40,542 nt of DNA, from assembly GCA_020629095.1 (NCBI GenBank), contig JAHDDZ010000001.1:1-40542 (forward strand), read 5' to 3'. A program made the translations under genes and the position numbers. Position 1 is the stretch's first letter. Each line of letters begins with the position of its first letter. This document shows, one piece after another, positions 1-7,572 of this stretch. The notes beneath the pieces were generated by a model. It did no database searches. It was not told the origin of the DNA and saw only the letters and a program-made list of their open reading frames with translations. This DNA is from Candidatus Altimarinota bacterium (GTDB lineage Bacteria > Patescibacteriota > Gracilibacteria > UBA4473).

Positions 1-290
1 AAGTAATGCCCAAGCTCGTGTGCTATTGTAAATAATTTTCGACTAGCAGATTCGTCATTATTTACAATAATCTGCCATTTTCCATCCTTATTTCTCAACA
101 TGCCAGATATGTCACGCAAATCGCCCTGTAGAACCTCTATTCCGTTATTTCTTGCTATAGTTAATAACCTGTCCTTGCTGTTATCACAATTAATTTCAGA
201 TAATAATTTATCAACTATTTCGCTAATTTCTTGCTGCTTCGCAATGCCGACAAGTTTATTAACCATTTGTACTGGATTATCCATTTCCAT
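1..290 (-). CDS. ImmA/IrrE-family zinc metallopeptidase, 3' end runs off the window
   Basis: This gene is absent from the ORF track because it has no stop inside the window. Reverse-complement reading from the ATG at 290-288 gives MEMDNPVQMVNKLVGIAKQQEISEIVDKLLSEINCDNSKDRLLTIARNNGIEVLQGDLRDISGMLRNKDGKWQIIVNNDESASRKLFTIAHELGHY. HELGH is an HExxH zinc motif in the context typical of ImmA/IrrE (COG2856) peptidases. Confidence 0.7.
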   Translation of the reverse strand, partial: MEMDNPVQMVNKLVGIAKQQEISEIVDKLLSEINCDNSKDRLLTIARNNGIEVLQGDLRDISGMLRNKDGKWQIIVNNDESASRKLFTIAHELGHY

Positions 291-370
291 ATTAGTTTAG
301 TTTTAAGAATTGCAAAGTGTTTATTGCACTTTTCATATTTACTATGTTCATTGTTTTTTACGTGTTATAA

Positions 371-712
371 GGGGATATTTACCATTTTTTATTTGTAAGA
401 GAGCAAAAGAAAGGACAACTGGCGGTTTGGGGATTTCCGGGAGGAAAAATAGATGCAGGTGAGAGAAGAGAAGAAGCATTGGTCCGTGAAGTAAAAGAAG
501 AAACAGGTTTGGATATTCGCGTTCAAAATCCTCTTAAGGTGAAGCTGGTTAGGCGCACTGCTTATTTTTGCCAAGTCATAGGCGGGACTATCGAGTATGA
601 CCCAAGTGAGATATTAGAAGTAGCCTGGTTTACTCTTTCTGAGGCATTATCATTACAGCTTCGAGGTGGTTATACAGAGCAAATCATTCGTTTACTAGAA
701 CTGAATGACTAG
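371..712 (+). pseudogene. NUDIX hydrolase, N-terminally short, with no canonical start codon upstream of the Nudix box
   Basis: The frame is open from 371, after a TAA at 368-370. It reads GDIYHFLFVREQKKGQLAVWGFPGGKIDAGERREEALVREVKEETGLDIRV, which contains a complete Nudix box (GX5EX7REUXEEXGU). The first ATG/GTG/TTG in frame is the TTG at 479, which lies inside the box. Only the ATT at 377 or the CTG at 419 lie upstream. Confidence 0.55.
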
Positions 713-1416
713 TTCTTACACAGCCTACTTTGCAGCCTTCGCAGTCGCTTCTGTAATTTCTGGAACAGTGGGCTTTGGGGCAATGCTTGTTTTTTTTGCT
801 ATAACTAGTTTTTTTGCACCAGATCTACAAATTCTCTTACTTGCAGCAAGCACTGCTGCAAATATTAAAACAATTTATCAGTTGCATTTGTTTTGGCCTC
901 ACATTCGTTGGGATATAACAAGGCAAATTTTATTATTAGGAGTGCCATTTGCAATACTCGGTTCGCTTATGGCGCAATATGTACCTGCAGATTTTTTTCG
1001 GCATTGGAGGATTTATATTGCTCTTTGTTTTGTGGAAATTTTCTAGCCCAAAGTTAGAAGAAATGCCCTCTTGGATTATAAAAATTTGGTCTGGTGTTTG
1101 GGGCAGTGTTTCAGGCTTGGTTGGGGCTGGAGGGCCTATTTTGGTTTCTTTGGTTTCGACTTTTCACCTGCAAAAAAATGCACTTGTTGCAACCATGCAG
1201 GCCCTTTTTTTCTTCTCGACTCTTGTCAAAATTCCAGGGTACCTGACAATTGAAAACAGCATCACTGATATTCGCTTTTTGTTCGTAATGGTGGTTATTG
1301 GCATTGTTGGGACTCGCATTGGCAAATGGCTTCATGATCGAGTCCCAGAGCAGTTGTTTCAAAAAGTTGTATTGGGGCTTTTGGCGCTGTCTGCAATGAA
1401 AATGTTGTGGCCCTAA
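705..1416 (+). pseudogene. TauE/SafE (DUF81) family anion-exporter permease, split by a frameshift in a T7 run
   Basis: ORFs 705..1046 and 949..1416 are both polytopic membrane segments. They carry motifs such as VISGTVGFGAMLVF and GLVGAGGPILVSL, as in TauE/SafE. Removing one T from the T7 run at 992-998 joins them as ...YVPADFFGIGGFILLF..., giving about 236 aa, the normal family size. Confidence 0.7.
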
Positions 1417-1417
1417 A

Positions 1418-2407
1418 TTACATCATCGCGGCAATATCAATTAGCCTCTCGGTGTAGCCCCATTCATTATCGTACCAGCTTAGCACTTTTATCATATTTC
1501 CGCCGAGTGCCATGGTGCTGCCGGCGTCCACGATGCTACTGCGAGAGTCCATTTTATAGTCACTTGAAACCAGCGGCCGTGGCTCAAACCCAAGCACATC
1601 TGGGGCTTTTGCTGATGCGGCTTTTAGGGCTGTATTTACCTCTTCTGCGGTGACATCTTTTTTTAGTGTTACCACCAGATCAACTAGAGACACGGTCGGA
1701 GAAGGCACTCGAACGGCCATTCCATTTAGCTTTCCGCTGAGTTGTGGAAGCACAATCCCCACGGCTTTTGCAGCACCAGTTGTGGTCGGGATTAGGTTTT
1801 CGGCTGCAGCACGGCTGCGTCGTGCGTCTTTGTGCCCTGCATCTAATATATTTTGTGAAGTTGTGTAGCTGTGAATTGTTGTCACGAGTCCATGCTCAAT
1901 TCCAAAAGCGGCATCAAGCGCTTGTGCAACTGGTGCCAGGCAGTTTGTGGTACACGACGCGTTACTCACAAACACATCATCGCTGCTCAGGGCTTCGTCG
2001 TTTACACCTTTTACGAGCATCTTAAACCCGTCCCCCTTTGGTGGTGCGCTCAGCAGTACTTTTTTTGCCCCTTGGTCAATGTGTTGTTGGCAGCCCTCTT
2101 TTGTCCGAAATGCGCCTGTGCATTCGAGCACTATATCTACATTCAGCTCGCCCCATGGTAACTCAGATATATTTCGAGTTGTAAATTTCTCGACTGTATG
2201 GCCATCAATTTTGAGGGTATCCGCATCCACTATTTCAACCGTGCCAGCATATCGCCCAAAATTTGTATCAAACTCAAACAAATGCGCAGACATTTCTGTC
2301 TTGCTCGGGTCGTTTATAGCGACCAACTGCATGTCGTCTCGTTGCATAATAATGCGCGCCGCAGTTCGTCCGATTCGTCCAAAGCCGTTAATGGCAACTC
2401 GTTTCAT
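1418..2407 (-). CDS. gap: Type I glyceraldehyde-3-phosphate dehydrogenase
   Basis: The N-terminal NAD fold reads INGFGRIGR. The catalytic motif SNASCTTNCLAP and the C-terminal WYDNEWGY are both present. Length is 329 aa. Confidence 0.97.
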   Translation of the reverse strand: MKRVAINGFGRIGRTAARIIMQRDDMQLVAINDPSKTEMSAHLFEFDTNFGRYAGTVEIVDADTLKIDGHTVEKFTTRNISELPWGELNVDIVLECTGAFRTKEGCQQHIDQGAKKVLLSAPPKGDGFKMLVKGVNDEALSSDDVFVSNASCTTNCLAPVAQALDAAFGIEHGLVTTIHSYTTSQNILDAGHKDARRSRAAAENLIPTTTGAAKAVGIVLPQLSGKLNGMAVRVPSPTVSLVDLVVTLKKDVTAEEVNTALKAASAKAPDVLGFEPRPLVSSDYKMDSRSSIVDAGSTMALGGNMIKVLSWYDNEWGYTERLIDIAAMM

Positions 2408-2431
2408 GGGGAAAAAATGTTAGTCAGAGCG

Positions 2432-2458
2432 AGTATAGTCATTTTTTGAGTAGGTCAA
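2432..2458 (-). promoter_or_regulatory. Candidate sigma70-type promoter for gap
   Basis: On the minus strand there is TTGACC (2458->2453) and TATACT (2437->2432). The spacer is 15 nt, shorter than ideal. The -10 lies 24 nt upstream of the gap ATG. Confidence 0.3.
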
Positions 2459-2470
2459 AGAGAACTTTTG

Positions 2471-2479
2471 TGATATAAT
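2471..2479 (+). promoter_or_regulatory. Extended -10 promoter (TGATATAAT) for the 2486 gene, in a leaderless configuration
   Basis: TGn-TATAAT spans 2471-2479. TATAAT ends at 2479 and the ATG is at 2486, leaving a 6-nt gap (agaaag). Confidence 0.5.
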
Positions 2480-2485
2480 AGAAAG

Positions 2486-3694
2486 ATGTATTTTTGGCGC
2501 ATTTTGGCCCTTGTTTTGTTTCTGTCTCCGCTTGTATATGCGGATGATCAAGCAGTGCCAGAAAATGATTGCCAAATTGACGCAAACCAAAAAGAGAAGA
2601 CAACGGGCATTGCCCAATATATTTCGAATATTGATACGGACACGTATTTGCAGGTTGAGGACAGTTCTGGCTATACTTCCACAGAATATATTGAGGATCT
2701 GAAAAGCAAAAATACTTCAATGGAAAGCCCATTTTTGCATACGCTCTCACTCAGCCTTGAAACCGCAAAGTCGGCGCTTGGGCTGACAGACATCAGTGGC
2801 GAAAGTGCGGCGCTGGTCGAAGAGGCGTTTTATAAACGAGAGGAGCAAGTATTATTGCGGCATGTGTTTCAGACAAAACCGCTTAGCGGAAACTGCCGTG
2901 TGCACTTCGTAACTGACGACATCCGCCGAGACGTAAAAGCGCGAATAAATGAAGCGTGTGTGCAATTGGCTTCATTTGCAGAAGATGCAGATCGGATTTT
3001 GGAAACGCCAAAATCGCCAGAATACTACGCCGGGGTTCGCTTTCAAACATGTAAAAATGAGCTGATAGTGCCGATTATTTCACAGCTTAAAAATATTATC
3101 GGAGGAGGAAATAGCTCGCTAGAGCAGAAATATGCTGAGCTGACAGATAAAGATTCAAGCTGGCAGACTATCCAAAAAGATCTGTCAGAAAAGCGAAAAG
3201 AGTGGAGAACCGCGCAGGAGATTGGTGACACTGAAGATGTGGAGCGGATTCAAGAAGAAATAGAGGCACTGGAGGATGAGTTAGAGCAAATTACGATTGC
3301 AGTAGAAAGTCGGCTGGAGCTCTATAAATCATATGTGCAGGTGCTGGAAGAAAGCGCAACCGCGAGCAATGTGCAGTTGAGTGGCAGCCAAACGGGCACA
3401 TTTGATGTGTGCGTGCTGTCTATTGGCGGAGAGTGCACACGAAATGTGTGGGGAGATGGCGAAAATAGCCTGTTTACAAAGATAATTCGAGGGGCGATAA
3501 GTGTAGTTGGCACCCTGGCGGTTGTTGTCCTTATCATTGCTGGCTACTACTTGCTGCTTAGTCGCGGTGACGAGTCAATGCAAGCAACCGGAAAGGGGAT
3601 GATATTAAACGTGGTGTTGGGGTTGGCAGTCGTGTTCCTCAGCTATGTGCTGGTGCAGGCGGTCATCTCGTTTCTCTTTAGCCTTGGCGGATGA
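2486..3694 (+). CDS. Secreted coiled-coil protein with a C-terminal VirB2/TrbC-like two-helix pilin hairpin
   Basis: The N-terminal signal peptide is MYFWRILALVLFLSPLVYA/DD. A central acidic coiled coil reads DVERIQEEIEALEDELEQI. The C-terminus has two TM helices separated by a short polar loop (GAISVVGTLAVVVLIIAGYYLLLSRGDESMQATGKGMILNVVLGLAVVFLSYVLVQAV). This resembles the T4SS-pilin-like domain common in CPR proteins. Confidence 0.6.
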   Translation: MYFWRILALVLFLSPLVYADDQAVPENDCQIDANQKEKTTGIAQYISNIDTDTYLQVEDSSGYTSTEYIEDLKSKNTSMESPFLHTLSLSLETAKSALGLTDISGESAALVEEAFYKREEQVLLRHVFQTKPLSGNCRVHFVTDDIRRDVKARINEACVQLASFAEDADRILETPKSPEYYAGVRFQTCKNELIVPIISQLKNIIGGGNSSLEQKYAELTDKDSSWQTIQKDLSEKRKEWRTAQEIGDTEDVERIQEEIEALEDELEQITIAVESRLELYKSYVQVLEESATASNVQLSGSQTGTFDVCVLSIGGECTRNVWGDGENSLFTKIIRGAISVVGTLAVVVLIIAGYYLLLSRGDESMQATGKGMILNVVLGLAVVFLSYVLVQAVISFLFSLGG

Positions 3695-6129
3695 TGAGAA
3701 AAGTATTATTAGCTTTTGCGTTGTGCTTGTTGCCGACTTTTGCCCATGGGTTGGTGGTGCAAACTGGCACGTGGGAGAATAATAGGTGGGAAAGAAGCAC
3801 GGAGGATTTATTGCCAGGGGATGTGTTTTACATCCTCATAAATGAAAAGGAAAGTGATGAGATTTTGATAGATTCGAGTGGAGGATTGGTCTTGAAAAAA
3901 GAAGGAGCAAAAGTTGATTTTGACCCCCAAAAAACAATTATTGCCGCAGAGAACTGGAGAGAGCTAGCTGCAGATAAAGACCCAGATGCAAAAAATATTG
4001 TGCTAGAGGCAAAAGTTGGAACGGACATACGAAACACAAAAGAGGAATATCAGCTGCTGATTCCGTATCTTTTAAAAGATGGAGACACCACAAAAACACG
4101 CACAGCAAATGTAACAATCAAGGTTGGGGCGCCGAGTGCGCGGATTGTGAAATCAATCTCGCGGCCGCTTGACCAGCCCAATCGATTTACCGCTGAGCTG
4201 TCTTCTATTCCGCCAAATGTTTTAAGCAATGATGGATTTATTCCTGTTTTTGAGTGGGAATATCGTGAAAATGGAACAGAGAATTGGAGTGCGATATCGC
4301 CTGTACCACAGTGTGATAATGACACAAGCAGTAAAGTAAAGTGCTCTATCGTAATTACGCCAAGTGAAGTGAGTGCCCCGGGGTTCATTTTTGGTGTGGT
4401 TTATGACATACGGGTTACGGTCAAGGGGGTTGTGCCTGGTGATGAACTCGTTGCCACAACAGAGGCTGATTTTCCATCTGGAAATAACCTGCGGGTTATC
4501 ATCAGTCAGCCAAAAGGGCAGGATGAAAAGTGGGTTGGAAATGAAGGAATTGAGGAGAAATATACGTTTGCAGCAACGCCAAATGGATCGCTAAATGCTT
4601 ATGCAAACGCGGGACACTATGGCCTGTGGGTGCTGCGAGAGGAGGCAACTGGGGCGGATATTTCATCGGTTCCAACAGGCTCAACGGCGCAATACACAGT
4701 TGACCAGCGAAAGATAACGCCCGAAACGGCGCACACATTTCCGGGCGACCCACTACAGAAATGGCTTCAGATGAATGGAATAGAGGCCATGCAGGCGGGG
4801 CGATATGCAGTTGATTTCTATGTACTGCAGAAGGTAACCAGTGATGCGCATGATAATACCCCAGAAAACAAACGCCGTACTTTTCAGTCAAATGGAGACA
4901 CCGTGTATCTCCGACAAATAGAGCGAGATACGCTGACATTTACGGTTGTTAATCCAGACCTGAAAGTGAAGATAAATGGGTTAGGGCCGCATTCAATATT
5001 GCTTCCGTATGAAGAAGTTTTAGATCTTTCGGTTGAGCTGGATGGTATCGACGAGGCGTTGGTTGGGGAGATTGAGTGGAGGGCGGGGGCAGAAGAGGCT
5101 TTTGATCCTATAGGATATGTTGATTTACTAACAGCCAAAACAAAGCCAAATAGCCAAATAAGGCCTTTTCAGAAATATATTTTTGAGGCAACAATGATTT
5201 TAACAGATGGAAGTAGAACCACTGGTTTTGCCGAATTTGAAACCCAAGCAGATTGCGATGACCCTCAAGCGCAGGCACAATATCCAAATGAGTGTTTTGG
5301 GACAGGAAGTGGCCTGACTGGGCGCAAAGGCGAATTGCTGCACCGGGGGCAGTGCGTGCCACCAGAAAGCGTAAACTCGAGTGCGATTGGGTGGTATGAG
5401 AATGGCGCCGCGATGGCACTACCGATTCCGCCCTTGGTAGAAGGGACAGATGGTAAAGAGCTGCACTGGTGTTTTTGCTATGAGCGGCCAGTGGTAAATG
5501 AATTTGGGGAGGCATTAAAACGCCTTGAGTGGTATCAGACCGTGTTGAAAGAATCAGCCAATGGGGACAGCCTGGTTACTGCCAAGCGGGTTAATTATTG
5601 CGTGCCGCTGCAGGACTGCTTGGGCGACGTGTGTGCTATTTCAGGAGATAATGGATTTGACCTTTTTAGTAACTCTATACGAACTGTGTATCGATATGGC
5701 GCGTTTATAATTGGTTCAATTGTAGTTCTTATTTTGGTATGGAGTGGCATTCAGATGATGCTAGGCGGCGCAAACAGCGCACTCTATGAAGATGCCAAAA
5801 TGCGCATCTTGCAGGCGCTTTTAAGCATGGGATTGCTTTTTAGCAGCGCCATGATACTCCAAGCTGTAAATCCTTACTTCTTTCGGTCAGGTGAGGTTGA
5901 CGTAGCCGATAGTGATGCCGACGGTCTGCCAGACTGGTGGGAGAGAGAACATCGACTTGACCCATTTGACCCACAAGACTCGGGCTTTTCACAATCAAAA
6001 CAGTTGGAGGCCTGTAATGCACTGACCCCAGGAAATGGCGGGGACATTGATCTGGACGGAGATGGGGTTTGTAATTATCTCGAATATGTGCGAGGGACGG
6101 ATCCGCAATATGCAGAAGTCACAAACTAG
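3691..6129 (+). CDS. Large secreted surface protein with a Cys-rich region, a pilin-like TM hairpin and C-terminal thrombospondin-type-3 Ca-binding repeats
   Basis: Its ATG overlaps the upstream stop (ATGA at 3691-3694). The signal peptide is MMRKVLLAFALCLLPTFAHG. About 640 aa are predicted to be extracellular. The hairpin reads GAFIIGSIVVLILVWSGIQMMLGGANSALYEDAKMRILQALLSMGLLFSSAMILQAV. It is followed by DSDADGLPDWWE...DPFDPQDS and DIDLDGDGVCNYLEYVRGTDP. Confidence 0.6.
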   Translation: MMRKVLLAFALCLLPTFAHGLVVQTGTWENNRWERSTEDLLPGDVFYILINEKESDEILIDSSGGLVLKKEGAKVDFDPQKTIIAAENWRELAADKDPDAKNIVLEAKVGTDIRNTKEEYQLLIPYLLKDGDTTKTRTANVTIKVGAPSARIVKSISRPLDQPNRFTAELSSIPPNVLSNDGFIPVFEWEYRENGTENWSAISPVPQCDNDTSSKVKCSIVITPSEVSAPGFIFGVVYDIRVTVKGVVPGDELVATTEADFPSGNNLRVIISQPKGQDEKWVGNEGIEEKYTFAATPNGSLNAYANAGHYGLWVLREEATGADISSVPTGSTAQYTVDQRKITPETAHTFPGDPLQKWLQMNGIEAMQAGRYAVDFYVLQKVTSDAHDNTPENKRRTFQSNGDTVYLRQIERDTLTFTVVNPDLKVKINGLGPHSILLPYEEVLDLSVELDGIDEALVGEIEWRAGAEEAFDPIGYVDLLTAKTKPNSQIRPFQKYIFEATMILTDGSRTTGFAEFETQADCDDPQAQAQYPNECFGTGSGLTGRKGELLHRGQCVPPESVNSSAIGWYENGAAMALPIPPLVEGTDGKELHWCFCYERPVVNEFGEALKRLEWYQTVLKESANGDSLVTAKRVNYCVPLQDCLGDVCAISGDNGFDLFSNSIRTVYRYGAFIIGSIVVLILVWSGIQMMLGGANSALYEDAKMRILQALLSMGLLFSSAMILQAVNPYFFRSGEVDVADSDADGLPDWWEREHRLDPFDPQDSGFSQSKQLEACNALTPGNGGDIDLDGDGVCNYLEYVRGTDPQYAEVTN

Positions 6130-6165
6130 GAATTAGATTTGTTTGTGTGTGTGGGGGTAAAATGC

Positions 6166-6193
6166 TTGACAGTTTTTTCTGTTCGCCTAGCAT
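6166..6193 (+). promoter_or_regulatory. Candidate promoter for tuf
   Basis: TTGACA (6166-6171), a 16-nt spacer, then TAGCAT (6188-6193). The -10 lies 29 nt upstream of the ATG at 6223. Confidence 0.45.
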
Positions 6194-6222
6194 GTTGGCG
6201 AATCTTTTTAACCTACCCTAAG

Positions 6223-7416
6223 ATGAATGAGTTTGTACGAAACAAGCCACACGTAAATGTGGGTACCATTGGTCATGTTGATCATGGAAAAACCACTCTT
6301 ACTGCTGCCATTACAGCAGTTCTTAATAACCGTCACGGAGACCTTGCGGCGAATCAAGCAGTTGCGTTTGACGCAATTGATAACGCGCCAGAAGAAAAAG
6401 CGCGTGGGATTACTATCTCAACAAGTCACCAAGAGTATGAAACAGCAGCACGTCATTACGCACATGTTGACTGTCCAGGACATGCCGATTATGTGAAAAA
6501 CATGATTACAGGGGCGGCTCAAATGGACGGGGCAATCCTCGTTTGTGCAGCAACTGACGGGCCAATGCCACAGACAAAAGAGCACATCCTTCTTGCAAAA
6601 CAAGTTGGCGTTGATCACATCGTTGTTTTCTTGAATAAGTGCGATATGATGGACGACGAAGAAATGCTAGAGCTTGTGGAAATGGAAATTCGAGAAGAGC
6701 TATCAAAACGTGATTACAACGGAGATGACGCAATTATTGTTCGAGGTTCTGCGCTAAAAGCACTTGAAGACCCAGGCAGCGAATGGGGAGATAAAATTAT
6801 GGAATTGATGACGTCTCTTGATACTGAAATTCCAGAACCAAAACGAGAAATCGATAAAGATTTCCTTATGCCAGTTGAAGACGTATTCTCTATTAAAGGT
6901 CGTGGAACTGTTGCAACAGGGCGAATCGAGCAAGGGAAGATCAACACAGGCGATGAAGTAGAGCTGGTTGGGATTAAAGAAACTCGAAAGCTGGTTGTGA
7001 CTGGTGTAGAGATGTTTAAAAAACTACTAGGAGAAGGTCTGGCAGGGGACAATGTTGGTCTACTCCTTCGCGGTATTGAGCGAGAAGAAATCGAGCGTGG
7101 ACAAGTGCTTGCAAAGCCTGGTTCAATTACTCCGCACAACGAGTTTGAAGCTGAGGTTTACATCCTTAAAAAAGAAGAAGGTGGTCGTCACACTCCATTC
7201 TTCAAAGGCTACAAGCCACAATTTTTCATCCGAACATCTGATATTACTGGTGAAATTCACCTACCAGACGGTGTTGAAATGGTGATGCCTGGTGACAATG
7301 CCAAGTTCACAGTGAGCCTCGGTTCACTTATCGCCCTAAATGAAGGAACGCGATTCGCGATCCGAGAGGGAGGACGGACAGTTGGTGCTGGTGTAGTAAC
7401 AAAAATTACAAAGTAA
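6223..7416 (+). CDS. tuf: Elongation factor Tu
   Basis: The protein starts [34 protein letters not shown] and NKCD G-motifs are present. I chose the ATG at 6223; the 28-codon extension of the track ORF (start 6139) has no EF-Tu counterpart and covers the promoter. Confidence 0.97.
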   Translation: MNEFVRNKPHVNVGTIGHVDHGKTTLTAAITAVLNNRHGDLAANQAVAFDAIDNAPEEKARGITISTSHQEYETAARHYAHVDCPGHADYVKNMITGAAQMDGAILVCAATDGPMPQTKEHILLAKQVGVDHIVVFLNKCDMMDDEEMLELVEMEIREELSKRDYNGDDAIIVRGSALKALEDPGSEWGDKIMELMTSLDTEIPEPKREIDKDFLMPVEDVFSIKGRGTVATGRIEQGKINTGDEVELVGIKETRKLVVTGVEMFKKLLGEGLAGDNVGLLLRGIEREEIERGQVLAKPGSITPHNEFEAEVYILKKEEGGRHTPFFKGYKPQFFIRTSDITGEIHLPDGVEMVMPGDNAKFTVSLGSLIALNEGTRFAIREGGRTVGAGVVTKITK

Positions 7417-7435
7417 TTATTTTCAAAACCGCTCA

Positions 7436-7465
7436 AAAAAAGCTCTCCAAGCGGAGAGCTTTTTT
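7436..7465 (+). terminator. Rho-independent terminator after tuf
   Basis: Stem agctctcc (7441-7448), loop aagc, stem ggagagct (7453-7460), then ttttt (7461-7465). An A-run precedes the stem. Confidence 0.8.
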
Positions 7466-7535
7466 AGTAGAGCTAGCTAGCTTTTTGGGTTTTGAAACGA
7501 TGATTTCTTAATTGGGCAATTGCCCTGGCAAATAG

Positions 7536-7564
7536 TTGACGCGATTGCTAGTTTTTGCTACTCT
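7536..7564 (+). promoter_or_regulatory. Candidate promoter for dnaJ, near-leaderless
   Basis: TTGACG (7536-7541), a 17-nt spacer, then TGcTACTCT (hexamer at 7559-7564, preceded by TGn). The ATG at 7573 is 8 nt after the hexamer. Confidence 0.4.
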
Positions 7565-7572
7565 GCGCCCCG

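Noticed and set aside
100-300. 66-aa plus-strand ORF at the left edge
   Set aside because: It is antisense to a much better-supported minus-strand ImmA/IrrE reading frame carrying an HExxH motif. Its own sequence is low-complexity with no motif.
1650-2449. Several plus-strand ORFs (72-158 aa) inside gap
   Set aside because: They are antisense shadow ORFs of a highly conserved GAPDH gene. Similar shadow ORFs occur opposite tuf, dnaJ, fusA, ntpI (29766..30308), ntpA, glmS and the 812-aa gene, and I reject them for the same reason.
6139-6222. 28-codon N-terminal extension of tuf (TTG start at 6139)
   Set aside because: EF-Tu homology begins at the ATG at 6223 ([18 protein letters not shown]). 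The extension is hydrophobic nonsense and covers the TTGACA/TAGCAT promoter.
7472-7483. AGCTAGCTAGCT palindrome plus a T-run as a second terminator
   Set aside because: The palindrome has no loop and only a weak stem. It is more likely incidental or a protein-binding site, and I mention it only under the dnaJ operator finding.
7417-7572. Possible tRNA or small RNA in the largest intergenic gap
   Set aside because: I could not fold a cloverleaf and saw no T-loop GTTCRANYC motif. The region is explained by a terminator, two short palindromes and the dnaJ promoter.
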